The notes under the pieces are model-generated. The model did not search any database and was not told where the DNA came from. It saw nothing but the letters and a program-made list of their open reading frames with translations. Positions 28,061 through 39,645 of a DNA stretch of 64,000 bases are shown here, piece after piece (within the stretch, counting starts at the first letter, position 1; each line of letters begins with the position of its first letter). A program made the translations under genes and the position numbers. The DNA comes from Callorhinchus milii (taxonomy: Eukaryota): the NCBI RefSeq assembly GCF_018977255.1, contig NW_024704758.1, forward strand, positions 14,942,001 through 15,006,000, written 5' to 3'.

Positions 28061-28588
28061 TTAAATGATCTCAGCTCCCAGCTCAGTCAGTCGTACAGAG
28101 AGTGTTAGCCACTCTGACCGAGGAGCTGTCAAATGGGCCATCCAGCTGATTTGATTGCTTCCTGCACTCGTGTGCGTGTGCGTGTGTGTGTGTTAGTGTG
28201 GATTCCAGTGTAAACCAGCTTTTTATTTGGGGGTTTTAAACAGAACATTCTGGAAAGCGACGGGCTGTGCTGTGCTGTGCTGTGCTGGCTCAGGGAGATT
28301 AGTTGAAGCTCCGTGCTCTGTGGTCAGCCCATTCTGTATGCAAAAGTCTGACATTCAGTTTTTAACTCCATTTGCAAATAGTGGAGGGGGCAACTTCTTT
28401 CGAACGCAAAATATACCCTCCTGTGTGAATTCGCTTTGAACTTTCTCAGTGTCTTCCTCACCGAGTTGAAGTCATTGAGAGCTGGAAATAAAATTCTTAA
28501 TGTTTTTCTCACACCAGTGGGGCTTCAATGATGTAATAATAATCCCTGCATTTGTTCCACTTACATCCCATTTAGAGACTCACACTAT

Positions 28589-29069
28589 TGTGTGTAGTGT
28601 GTGGGTGTGGGGTGTGTGTGTGCGTGGGGGGGCGGAGTGTGTGTGGGGTGGGGTGGAGTGTGTGGGGGTGGGGGGTGTGTGTGCGTGGGGGTGGGGGGAG
28701 TGTGTGTGTGGGGTGTGGGGGGTGCGGAGTGTGTGTGGGGCGGGTGGAGTGTGTGGGGGTGGGGTGCGTGTGCGTGGGGTGGGGGGTGTGTGTGTGTGTG
28801 CGTGTGGGGTGTGGGGGGCGGAGTGTGTGTGTGTGCGTGTGGGGGGTGGGGGGCGGAGTGTGTGTGGGGGTGGGTGTGTGTGGGGGGGAGAGTGTGTGGG
28901 GGGGGGTGGGGTGGGGAGTGTGTGGGGCGGGTGGAGTGTGTGGGGGTGGGGTGTGTGTGTGTGCGTGGGGGTGGGGGGAGTGTGTGGGGGTGGGGTGTGT
29001 GTGCGTGGGGGTGGGGGGAGTGTGTGTGTGTGTGCGTGTGGGGTGTGGGGGGGCGGAGTGTGTGTGGGG
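28589..29069 (+). repeat. G/T-rich minisatellite running into an assembly gap (N 29070-29197)
   Basis: Units such as gtgtgtggggg, gcggagtgtgt and gtgcgtggggg. Confidence 0.95.
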
Positions 29070-30210
29070 NNNNNNNNNNNNNNNNNNNNNNNNNNNNNNN
29101 NNNNNNNNNNNNNNNNNNNNNNNNNNNNNNNNNNNNNNNNNNNNNNNNNNNNNNNNNNNNNNNNNNNNNNNNNNNNNNNNNNNNNNNNNNNNNNNNNAGC
29201 CTGCTTAGCTCTTGATCGCCTCCTAGTGGCTGGTTGTAGAACAGCAGTGAACACGGTGGCATCTGAACACACATCTGTCTGTTTCCCCCCAATACCGCGG
29301 TAGATGGCTTCAGGCCGCCCATTAAAGTAAACAACGTCTTGTGAAAAGGAAGTCGCAAGAAGGTTCACGGTGGCGTTCTGCACGTAAATGGAGCCGGCGG
29401 GGGGGGAAGATAGAGGTTATCAGCAAGGGTGCATGCTTCACACTGAACAGCATTTTTGAAGCGCTTGCTGCTTCTCTATGTATAAACATTACCACTTGTG
29501 GGGTGTGGGGCTCAGCGAGGCGAGCTGGTCTGCGGGGAGGCAGGAGTGCCGACAGGGTGAGCTCAACGCGCGGAAAATAAACCTTGACGGATTGTGGTTA
29601 ATGAGAGTCCACTGGCAGTCCGGCCGGTGACAGTGAAAGCAAAACAGAGGCCTGACTTCATCCGCAGAGTGTGTGAGGCCGGGGGCGGGGGGGACCTATT
29701 TATAGCCTTTCTCCTGCTCTTGGCTGCTTCTACTTTGCCAATGGCCTGAGCTCCAGATTCATGGAGCTGTTTATCAGCCATGTTATTTCAATGGTACACA
29801 ATGTTCCCGAGTTGTTCACACTGGGACGCTGGTTAGCATTACAGCTGCAACCTCGGTGCAGTAAACAAGAGGACATGACACTGGCTTGCAATCGAGCTGC
29901 AGGGAAAGCCGTGCACATTCATTGGCATTTATGCCCCATCGTTTCACTTTCACTTTAATTTTGGAAGAAAATAATTGGCTCCCAAATTAAGGCTTAATTC
30001 AAGGCTGGTTTCCAAAATTCTGCACCATCTTCAATGTTAAGACTGTGGCCTTTAGACTGACTAAGACTGTCTGTGGTGTCAGCCTGGCTCAGTCGGGATG
30101 GGGGCAGAGAGGCTGAAGGCCTGACCCACTGATGGCGGGGCGGGCATGGAGCGTGGAGCAGGCCAGAGCCTGCTGAGCGGAGGGATACACCATACACCAC
30201 ATACACATAG

Positions 30211-30471
<261 letters not shown>

Positions 30472-30668
30472 TGACCAGTTGAGAGTCAGAACAGAGAGCC
30501 TTGGTAGACGGCAGAGCTGGAGCTAAAAGCCAGGACAGTTTAGAGGCCCTCAGCGGCCTCGCTCCTTCCTCCCTCTCTGACTTGCTAACTCCCATATCGA
30601 CCTGTCCGCTCCCTCCGCTCAGCGGGCTACGGCTGGCCTGCTCCCGGGGTGGAAGAGGGAAGCTGTGA

Positions 30669-31043
<375 letters not shown>

Positions 31044-31089
31044 TAAGCTGCTCCCTCCCTCCCTGTCTCCCTCTGTCCCTCCCTCCTTC

Positions 31090-31775
31090 ATGGCTGTTTG
31101 CGGGACTTTGCTGTGAGCAATTCACTGTACAGTATGTTCCGTGAATAATAATAATCCTTGCATTTGATATAGTGTATTATAACACCTTCGAGGCATCTCA
31201 AAGCGCTTCCGGTCTGCTCCACGTCCCCCGCCCCAACCGCCCTACTATCGGTGGTCGGGCCTTCAGCCTCTCAGCCCCGAGGCTCTGGAACTCCATCCCC
31301 CAGTGCCTTCGCCTTGCTTCCTCCCTTTCCTCCTTCAAGGCCGGTCTCAAAACCTTTCTCTTTGACCGTGCCTTCAGCTCCCCTCTCGACTCTCTTCCCC
31401 CTCCTCGCTCCCTCCCTTCCTCCCCTCACCCTGACCATTTCCCCCTCCTCTCTCCCTCCCTTCCCTCCCCTCACCCTGACCATTTCCCCCCTGCTCGGGT
31501 CATGACCCAACTGTGCAGCGCCTTGGGACGTCCTCCTGACGTGAAAGGCGCTCTATAAATGGAATCTTGTTGTTGTTGTTGTTGTTCACAGAATAGACTG
31601 TAAAGTGAGTTGATTGCTGTATATTTGTGGGCGAAACGCGGCAGCCAATTGCGCACAGCAGCGTCCCCGCAAACAGTCGTGGATTGAGTGACCAAATTAT
31701 TGCAATAATTGAAGCGCTTTGAGACATCTCGAAGGAGTGATAAAGCGCTGTATCAAATAAAAGGATTATTGTTAT
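31090..31775. mobile_element. Nested insertion: plus SINE containing a minus SINE containing an L2 3' end
   Basis: Plus SINE 31090-31145 and 31710-31775; minus SINE 31146-31209 and 31585-31701; L2 31210-31584. Confidence 0.75.
31208..31584 (+). mobile_element. L2 LINE 3' end (ORF2 C-terminus, 3' UTR, (ttg)n tail)
   Basis: SGLLHVPRPNRPTIGGRAFSLSAPRLWNSIPQCLRLASSLSSFKAGLKTFLFDRAF is a typical L2 ORF2 end; tail gcgccttgggacgtcctcctgacgtgaaaggcgctctataaat. Confidence 0.88.
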
Positions 31776-31809
31776 GTGAGTTACTGCTCCGGGACACTAT
31801 CCTTTGTGA

Positions 31810-32196
<387 letters not shown>

Positions 32197-32504
32197 TGAA
32201 GACTGGGTGGTGGTGGGGGGGGGGAAGTGTCTCTAACCTCGGAGTCCCAACCCCTCCACTGTGTAGTGCTCAGAGAGGCCAGCCTGCGGGGAAGGGCGCT
32301 GTGTAAATGCACGTTGCTGTTCCATTCGCAACAGGACCTTCCGTTGCACAAAGGTAGAGGCCGAGAGAGGCTGGGAGCAGGTCCTCTCTGTAACGCGTCG
32401 ATCTCCTACTCACCCCCACCACCCGCACCCCCATCACCCACATCCCACTGCAGCGATGGTGGGGGAAGTCCCTGTTGGTTCAGTCGTATCGTTTGTTTCC
32501 GCAG

Positions 32505-32655
32505 CGTCAAGTCTTGTTTCCACATAATGGACGTGTGCCGGTGGAGGCCAAACATGTTCGATGTAATAAACCGCAATAAGGTGCCATTCATGAGACCGGG
32601 CAACGCAACAAACCTGACTGTGGCGTTTAATAAGATGGGCTCCGTACACAGCCAG
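32505..32655 (+). CDS. HIPK3: HIPK3 exon 7 (151 nt)
   Basis: tttccgcag|C GTC AAG...AGC CAG|gtgagc; (H)VKSCFHIMDVCRW...KMGSVHSQ. Confidence 0.93.
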
Positions 32656-33007
32656 GTGAGCAGCGGGACACGCTCCGGCCGGCGCTGGATCAAATACAGG
32701 GATTATTACTGTCCCGTGATGGGGGAACTTCATGTGTTCTGAAGTAGTCAAGACCCTGGGTTTTACTCAATCCAACAAGTGGTGTAATCCCCATATTGTG
32801 CTGCCGANNNNNNNNNNNNNNNNNNNNNNNNNNNNNNNNNNNNNNNNNNNNNNNNNNNNNNNNNNNNNNNNNNNNNNNNNNNNNNNNNNNNNNNNNNNNN
32901 NNNNNNNNNNNNNNNNNNNNNNNNNNNNNNNNNNNNNNNNNNNNNNNNNNNNNNNNNNNNNNNNNNNNNNNNNNNNNNNNNNNNNNNNNNNNNNNNNNNN
33001 NNNNNNN

Positions 33008-33460
33008 GCGTGTGTGGGGATGTGTGTGTCGGTGTGTGTATGTGGGTGTGTGTGGGTGTGTGTATGTGCGTGTGTGGGTGTGTGCGTGCGTGTGTGGGGG
33101 TGTGCGTGCATGTGTGGGGGTGTGTGCATGTGTGGGTGTGTGTGTGTGGGTGTGTGGGTGTGTGTGTGTCGGTGTGTGTATNNNNNNNNNNNNNNNNNNN
33201 NNNNNNNNNNNNNNNNNNNNNNNNNNNNNNNNNNNNNNNNNNNNNNNNNNNNNNNNNNNNNNNNNNNNNNNNNNNNNNNNNNNNNNNNNNNNNNNNNNNN
33301 NNNNNNNNNNNNNNNNNNNNNNNNNNNNNNNGTGTATGTGGGTGTGCGTGTGTGGGTGTGTGTATGTGTGTGTGTGGGTGTGTAGTTGTGTATGTGGATA
33401 TGGGTGTGTGTATGTGCGTGTGTGGGTGTGTGCGTGCGTGTGTGGGGGTGTGCGTGTGTG
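33008..33460 (+). repeat. (GT)n-derived degenerate repeat between gaps (N 32808-33007 and 33182-33331)
   Basis: Direct reading. Confidence 0.95.
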
Positions 33461-34187
33461 CCGTGACCCGCACACAGGAAGGTGTGGTGACCTGCGAATG
33501 CGGGTGATCGCAATCTCTTTGCAAGTAACGTTGTGCTGATGAGACGGCGCTGGAGGGAAGTCGGCACGTGGGGAATTGTTACCAGGGAAGCCTCGGAACG
33601 TTGCTCAAGAGTGCCACCCTGTGGTCCGTGGGTTGTTTGCGCGCTGTCTTTGAGCAGTTGCAGAGCTCATAAGGACATCGGAATTTACCGGAGAAAGAAA
33701 ATCCCGAGTCCACCTGAGTTCCCCCTTCCACCATCCCATCCCGGCCGTCGCTTGATGTGTCGTGTCCCAAACTCTACTCTGTATCCATCCCCAGATATTC
33801 GGGAATCTTGTTCTTGAAACAAGTGGCATCTTCGGCTTCCGCCATCTTGTGTCCGTCCCTCGGGAGCTGGTCCCGGATCAGGCTCCCGGTGGGTTCACTC
33901 GGCAAATCAACCGGATGAGTTGAGGCGTCCGGTTAGATTCCCGACTGCCGACACGCTGGCAGTTTTAAGGGATTAAGCACCGGCTTGGAATGGTCGCTGT
34001 TTGTCTTGTGCCTTCACTGGCAATTCAGTGAAGAACTAACATTTTGAGTGCAAAAGCTCGGCACGGTATTTGCACGGTATTTGCACGGTAAAGGCAGTGT
34101 TTTATAAGCCGGGTGTTTTATGAGCGGGGGAAGAGATGTGGCGAGGTTTGAGATTGTAACCTTGATTTCTGTGGCTCTTTCCTTCAG

Positions 34188-34311
34188 CATTTAGCGACGA
34201 CTGGACCCTCTGTGATGCACCCGGGGATCCCCCTGCAGCCGGGGACCACTCCTTTCGGCTGTAACGACTCCTTTCAGCAGACCCTCATCCTGTGCCCGCC
34301 CACACTTCAAG
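34188..34311 (+). CDS. HIPK3: HIPK3 exon 8 (124 nt)
   Basis: tttccttcag|CAT TTA...CAA G|gtagag; HLATTGPSVMHPGIPLQPGTTPFGCNDSFQQTLILCPPTLQ(G). Confidence 0.9.
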
Positions 34312-34529
34312 GTAGAGCAGAGAATGAAATCGCCGATGCTCCTCTGTTGAGTTCAATCCACTTCACGTCATCTGGACCGAGTGTTTTTATATGTGCCTCT
34401 AATGTGACTCTACGCGCCTCTCTAATGGCTTTGATATGAGGTCTCATCGAGAGTTTACCGCCTTTTTTACTGGGCAGCCGCAGCCTGGCTTTCTTTGCTG
34501 GGCTTTGTTGACTTACCTGGAGTTAGGTG

Positions 34530-34845
34530 TCAGTCAGCCTGGATCAGTTGGTAGCACTCTCATCCCTCAATCAGATGTTTGTGAGTTCGAGTCCCACATC
34601 AGTACTTTGAGATGGTGCAGCACTGGGGGAGTGCAGTGTTGTCGCTGTTCCTTCGGGCGAGACATTAAACCAAGGTCCTGTCTATCTACCTATTCAGGTG
34701 GACGTTAAAGATCTCCTGGCCAAAAATTGACTGCATGTCTGTTTGTTGGACATCGCTGTGCGCACATTGGCCAATTCAACACTAAAAAAAATGTTTTGAG
34801 ACTTTTCAACGACCCGATGAAACACGATATCAAATGCAGGGACTT
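34530..34845 (+). mobile_element. Deu-SINE family B with tRNA-like head
   Basis: gtcagcctggatcagttggtagcactctc...gagttcgagtccc...ttcaggtggacgttaaagatc...gctgtgcgcacattgg. Confidence 0.7.
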
Positions 34846-34909
34846 TCTAGTGTTAGTCTGTAGCGAGTGGATCGCAGTGACTCTTTCCTAAAATCTTTCT
34901 CGCCGGCAG

Positions 34910-35016
34910 GAATCCCAGCCAACCCAGGGAAAGCCGCGGGCTACTCGGTGCGAATGGACAATGCGGTGCCTCTAGTCACACAGCCTCTCCAGCTGCACCC
35001 TGGCATTTTAACACAG
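34910..35016 (+). CDS. HIPK3: HIPK3 exon 9 (107 nt)
   Basis: ccggcag|GA ATC...ACA CAG|gtctgt; IPANPGKAAGYSVRMDNAVPLVTQPLQLHPGILTQ. Confidence 0.9.
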
Positions 35017-35603
35017 GTCTGTACTTCAGAACACACGCCAATGAAGTTCCCTGGCTTTCAAACTGGATCTGGGGTTTCTGCGGTAGGTGGGGAGGGGTGA
35101 GGTGGGGGGAAGGTTGGGGGGGGAGAGGGTTGGGGGTGGGGGAGGAGAGGCGTTGTAGAGTAAATTCCAAACATTCTGGGGTGGGACCTCGGACTGGGTT
35201 TGGACGTGCCCGAGGGTTTCTATGAGACACTGTACACCTCAGCTGTCGGGCTCGGGCACTGGAGTGCAACGAGATCCAAAGACGCTCGAGCACAAACGAG
35301 GATACATTTCACCTCCGGGAAGGCAGAGAAAGGCACCCGTTGTCTGTCCAGTGCGGATTGACTGACCGTGAGTTGGGTGAAGTGGAATACTCTGGGAACT
35401 TGCACTCAAATGGTACCTTATTCACCTCTGCTCCAACACTGAAACGAGTTGTGGCCGTGACAGTTCCCGGCTTCCGTTGGCAAACGCGCGGCCTTCCTGG
35501 GTAGTGGTTGTTGCTCAAGTCTATCTCAAAGTGACCCCGAGGGGCCTTGGGAAAACGTGCACTTTTAACAGGTGTGACCAACCGTGTTTACCTCTGCTTA
35601 CAG

Positions 35604-35728
35604 GCCTGGTCCGGCCGGAGCCAGCAGATCCTGGTGCCCGCCTGGCAACAGATGACGGCCGTGGCCCCTTCCACGACAGGCCTGGCCTCCGACACTGTGG
35701 CTGGTCCACAGAGACTTGGAGACTGGGG
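35604..35728 (+). CDS. HIPK3: HIPK3 exon 10 (125 nt)
   Basis: gcttacag|GCC TGG...TGG GG|gtaggt; AWSGRSQQILVPAWQQMTAVAPSTTGLASDTVAGPQRLGDW(G). Confidence 0.92.
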
Positions 35729-36052
35729 GTAGGTGGTGTGTTACAGGGAGGGGCGGGCGGGCGGGCCGGCGGGCGGGCGAGGAGCTTTGATTGTTATGTT
35801 GATGTGGTTACCTCTCTTGGACGTGGCAAAGCCCTGTGCCAGCCCGGGGCAGTGAGTGCTTCACCCCGGAGTGACATCCAAAGCGTAAGTGGCTGAAGGC
35901 CGAGGGTGGAGCGGAGGATTCGGGGGACACGTGGATTCGGGGGCCGCCTCGGAGGGTTTCATGGCCCTCCGAGCGCGGAGTGGGGCTGCCTGGGCCCAAT
36001 GGCCTCCTGTCCCCGTGATGCCTGACTTACTCCAGTCTCTAATTCCCCGCAG

Positions 36053-36217
36053 ACCGGTGCGTCCTCCGGGCAGCCATTACAGCTCCGTCATGTCACAGCA
36101 TCTTTTGACCAACCAGATGACGCTGTCAGCGACTCAGCCGATCAGCGTAGGGATCGCTCACGTGGTCTGGTCACAGCCCTCCCCGGCCAACAAGAGGAAT
36201 AAACACTGTCAGAACAG
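36053..36217 (+). CDS. HIPK3: HIPK3 exon 11 (165 nt)
   Basis: ttccccgcag|A CCG...AAC AG|gtcagt; SHYSSVMSQHLLTNQMTLSATQPISVGIAHVVWSQP...KHCQN(R). Confidence 0.9.
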
Positions 36218-36221
36218 GTCA

Positions 36222-36376
36222 GTCACCCCCCCCCCACCCCACCCCAACCACAACCCCCCAACCCCACCGCAACCCCCCACCCCACCCCAACCCCCAACCC
36301 CACCCCCACCCTAACCCACCCAACCCAAACCCAACCCCCCACCCCAACCCCACCCCAACCCCCACCTCAACCCCCA
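36222..36376 (+). repeat. C-rich (ccccaa-like) repeat filling intron 11
   Basis: Direct reading. Confidence 0.9.
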
Positions 36377-36437
36377 TAAACACCGTCACACCAGGTCAGT
36401 GACCTCCCTCCCTCTCACAGCTTTCTATGCCCCACAG

Positions 36438-36788
36438 GAGCAATATGATCTATCACACCAATCTCCAGAACGCGGTGCCCTCATCCCCAAAGAGCTCAGA
36501 CAGACAGAAGTGCGGGGAGCCAGAGAGCTGCTTGGGCACAGAGAGCCACCTGGCCAGCGACCTCGCCAGCGACCTCACCAGCGAGGGCATCGTCAGTGCC
36601 TGCTGCGAGGATATTGTGAACGCTTGTTGCGAGGAGTCTGCGGGGCAGGACCTCGACACCGAATCCGTCGCCCACAAACAGCGACAGACCATCATCATCG
36701 CCGACTCCCCGAGCCCGGCCGTCAGCGTCATCACCATCAGCAGCGACACCGACGAGGACGAGACGTCACAGATCCATTCATTGGGAGA
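36438..36788 (+). CDS. HIPK3: HIPK3 exon 12 (351 nt), includes the SIM/PEST-like motif
   Basis: cccacag|G AGC...GGA GA|gtgagt; HIPK-family motif KQRQTIIIADSPSPAVSVITISSDTDEDE. Confidence 0.93.
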
Positions 36789-36946
36789 GTGAGTGCTTTA
36801 CTGTCCTGCACTGGGTTGTGGGGGGTGGAGAGTGGGTCTGCCCGTCTGCACCGAGCCACCGCGACCCAGTGATCCTGCCCTTTGTGCTTACTATTGGTCG
36901 CCCAGATAGCTTGAGTTCACGCTGAAACCCTTTATCTTGATGAAGA

Positions 36947-37190
36947 CCGTAGCTCAGTGGTTAGAGGGCTCGCCTCGCAAGCGAGAGACCTGGGTTGGGC
37001 TCCCGGGGCAGGACAAAATGTTGGGCAAGTTTCCTTACTCCACACACACGCCTCTGTTTACCAGCAGTCAGTAGGAACCCGGTTACAACTACGCTTTACA
37101 ATGTATTCTGTGAAGCACTTTGACATATCTTGAAGACATGATGAGGCGCTGTATCAAAGGCAAGGATTATTATTGTTATTATTATTATTG
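36947..37190 (+). mobile_element. SINE family A, internally deleted (head joined to tail)
   Basis: gtagctcagtggttagag...gcaagtttccttactccac...aggaacccgg joined to ctttacaatgtattctgtgaagc...(tta)n. Confidence 0.85.
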
Positions 37191-37253
37191 AGAGTCCCCC
37201 TAGGATTTTTGCCGGAGGGCTTTATTTGATCTTTCTCTGCTCCGTTCTCTCAG

Positions 37254-37400
37254 GTGTAAAGGTAGTCCTGACTGTGAAGCCTGTCAGAACACTCTGAACA
37301 TCGACCGGGTGTGCTCCCTCAGCAGCCCTGACAGCACTCTGAGCACCAGCTCATCCAACTCCACTCAGTCCAGCCCCTCTCCGTGCAAGAGGCCGAACAG
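37254..37400 (+). CDS. HIPK3: HIPK3 exon 13 (147 nt), absent from the ORF track
   Basis: ttctctcag|G TGT AAA...AAC AG|gtaact; CKGSPDCEACQNTLNIDRVCSLSSPDSTLSTSSSNSTQSSPSPCKRPN(S). Confidence 0.93.
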
Positions 37401-38092
37401 GTAACTGACTGAGCTCTTGAGGTCCAGGTCACTCGGGGAGAAATCTCCCCCTGACCCGGATTTATTTACATGCATCGCATTTCGTCAGAATGTCAGCAAT
37501 TTGGCAAATGGTTGAAATCAGTCTTAACTACTAGACATCTGAGACGTGTCGAGGACTTGATGAGGCGCTATATCAAATGCAAGGATTATTATTATTATTG
37601 TTATTGATATTCCCGCTGATGACGTTGTTGTAAACATTGGTTGGTAGCATTATGTACTGCGGCCTCTCCTCTGACACTGCCCTTTCCCGATCCTGATCTG
37701 AACTCTACAGGTTCACAGTCGTTCATTGACTGAAGAGCACAGATGTCTCCGTTAATAGTCGCTGGGTCTGTCATTTAATTAAGAGTTGGCTCTATTTTTG
37801 CTGCAAATATTTCATGGAGATCTTTTGCGCTTTTATGCTTTAATGGTCTGCACTCCAGCGCGTGCCACTATGATAGCTAATAACCAGCTAATAACTAGCA
37901 AATAACTAGCAAATAACCAGCTAATAATACAATAACTAAACATCTCAAAGCACTGCACAGGATTAAGACGTTAAGGCTGATTTCAATTATGTAATAAATG
38001 ACACTATTAAAGGTTAGCATTGGTTCACATGTCGCTGAATCGTTTGCAAATGTGTGAAGATCAATCAGTGTCCCTTGGTGTCTGTGCCCCAG

Positions 38093-38349
38093 CATGTCAG
38101 ACGACGAACAGGAAAGTGGTTGCGACACAGTAGACGGGTCACCGGCCAGCGAGTCCTCGGAGCAGGCAGAGAGCCCGTTCCTGGAAGAGCGGTTTCTTCA
38201 GGACGCCAACGAGAACACGGAGGCCAGGAACGTCAAGGGAACGGAGAGCATCAAACCTGCTGTGCTCACCATGGTGGTGCCGCCCATGAGAGTGCAGAAC
38301 AATAACTCCATCTCCGAGACAGATTTCAGTGAACAGGTCGCTAACACAG
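38093..38349 (+). CDS. HIPK3: HIPK3 exon 14 (257 nt)
   Basis: gccccag|C ATG TCA GAC...ACA G|gtacag; MSDDEQESGCDTVDGSP...IKPAVLTMVVPPM; the phase-1 end fits exon 15. Confidence 0.88.
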
Positions 38350-38736
38350 GTACAGCTGGACAATAACATAGACCCTGTAATGGTGGGGAGGGGGGGTGGG
38401 GAGGTAGGGAAAGCTGTGCACTGATCACTGATCCACACCTGTGTGGGAGTCCTGTAGCTCACTGGTTAGAGCACGTGAGAGGACCTGGGTTAGTGCTTCC
38501 AATATCTATTTGCATTCCCCACCCTTCACACCCATGTTCTCTATCGTATGCGATAATAATAATAATATAATATATCATAATAACGTTATTATTATTGTTA
38601 TTGTTGTTATAATAATATAATATATAATAATAACCTGAAAGGAAAAGCGCTATATCAAATGCAAGGATTATTATTATTATTATTGTTGTTGTTGATAAAA
38701 TTAATTCTCTGCTCCCGCCCTTCCCCGCCCGCCCAG

Positions 38737-38864
38737 ACACCATGTGTCAATCGTTATCGAAGGGCCGATCTTTTTCCGGGAGAATGAACCAGCCGATGCC
38801 TGGAGGTGGTCGACAGCAGAAGTCTGTATCAGCATTCCAGCAGCAGCACATCAATTTCGGTCAG
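38737..38864 (+). CDS. HIPK3: HIPK3 exon 15 (128 nt)
   Basis: cgcccag|AC ACC ATG...GGT CAG|gtgggt; (D)TMCQSLSKGRSFSGRMNQP...SAFQQQHINFGQ. Confidence 0.9.
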
Positions 38865-39186
38865 GTGGGTCGGCCATTTTGCTTCTCGCGTATCCGTGCT
38901 GCATTGCACCGCGGGAAGCGAAGCGATGTCACTTCCTGCGGGGCCCGATCGAAAGTGGGTGCGTACTTCCTGTTCCCAGATATGAGCAATTGAATGTTTT
39001 AAAACGTTACGAAGGGAGACGGCGCCGTGAACCAGGAGTTGTGGGAGTGCGGTAATTCTTTTGGAGAATAAGGGAGTGTTTTTTTTCTCTCTCTGGTCTG
39101 CGCTCGGAGTGGCTTGGATTTCCTCGGAGCCATTATGTACCCGGCGGCATGAATTAACGATGGATCCCGACCCTATCTCTCGGCAG

Positions 39187-39645
39187 GTTCAGCACTACGG
39201 ATCTATGCCTCAGGAATGGAACGGGAATTACGGACCCAGAAGACAGCAAGCCTACATCCCACCCACCATCGCCAGCCACCCTTTCCCTCTCCCCCACGGG
39301 AGCCCCAACCACACTACAGCTCACGGCCACCTGGGGAGCCAGCCGGCTATTCTCTCGTACCCCCCGTCAGGACACCTGGGGACCACAGGTCCTGTGGCCC
39401 ACTTACTGGCCTCTCCATGTACTTCAAGGCCTGTCATGCAGCCCACAGCGTACAGTATTTCTCATCACAGCGGTATCGTGCATCAAGTCCCCGTCGGGCT
39501 CAATCCCCGGCTGCTCCCATCTCCGACCATCCATCAGAACCAATACAAACCAATGTTTCATCCTCACTCCTACATCACAGCCTCTCCGGTCTACACTGGA
39601 TTCCCGTTAAGTCCAACAAAGCTCAGCCAATACCCCTATATTTGA
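39187..39645 (+). CDS. HIPK3: HIPK3 last coding exon (459 nt including TGA), Y/H-rich C-terminus
   Basis: ctctcggcag|GTT CAG CAC; VQHYGSMPQEWNGNYGPRRQQAYIP...YTGFPLSPTKLSQYPYI*. Confidence 0.96.
   Translation, partial: VQHYGSMPQEWNGNYGPRRQQAYIPPTIASHPFPLPHGSPNHTTAHGHLGSQPAILSYPPSGHLGTTGPVAHLLASPCTSRPVMQPTAYSISHHSGIVHQVPVGLNPRLLPSPTIHQNQYKPMFHPHSYITASPVYTGFPLSPTKLSQYPYI

Noticed and set aside
36392-36405. Second copy of the exon 11 donor motif (caggtcagtgacc)
   Set aside because: Extending exon 11 to this site includes an in-frame TAA at 36312; no sign of use.
37875-37930. 11-bp tandem repeat (also gcacggtattt x3 at ~34061)
   Set aside because: Ordinary slippage duplications.
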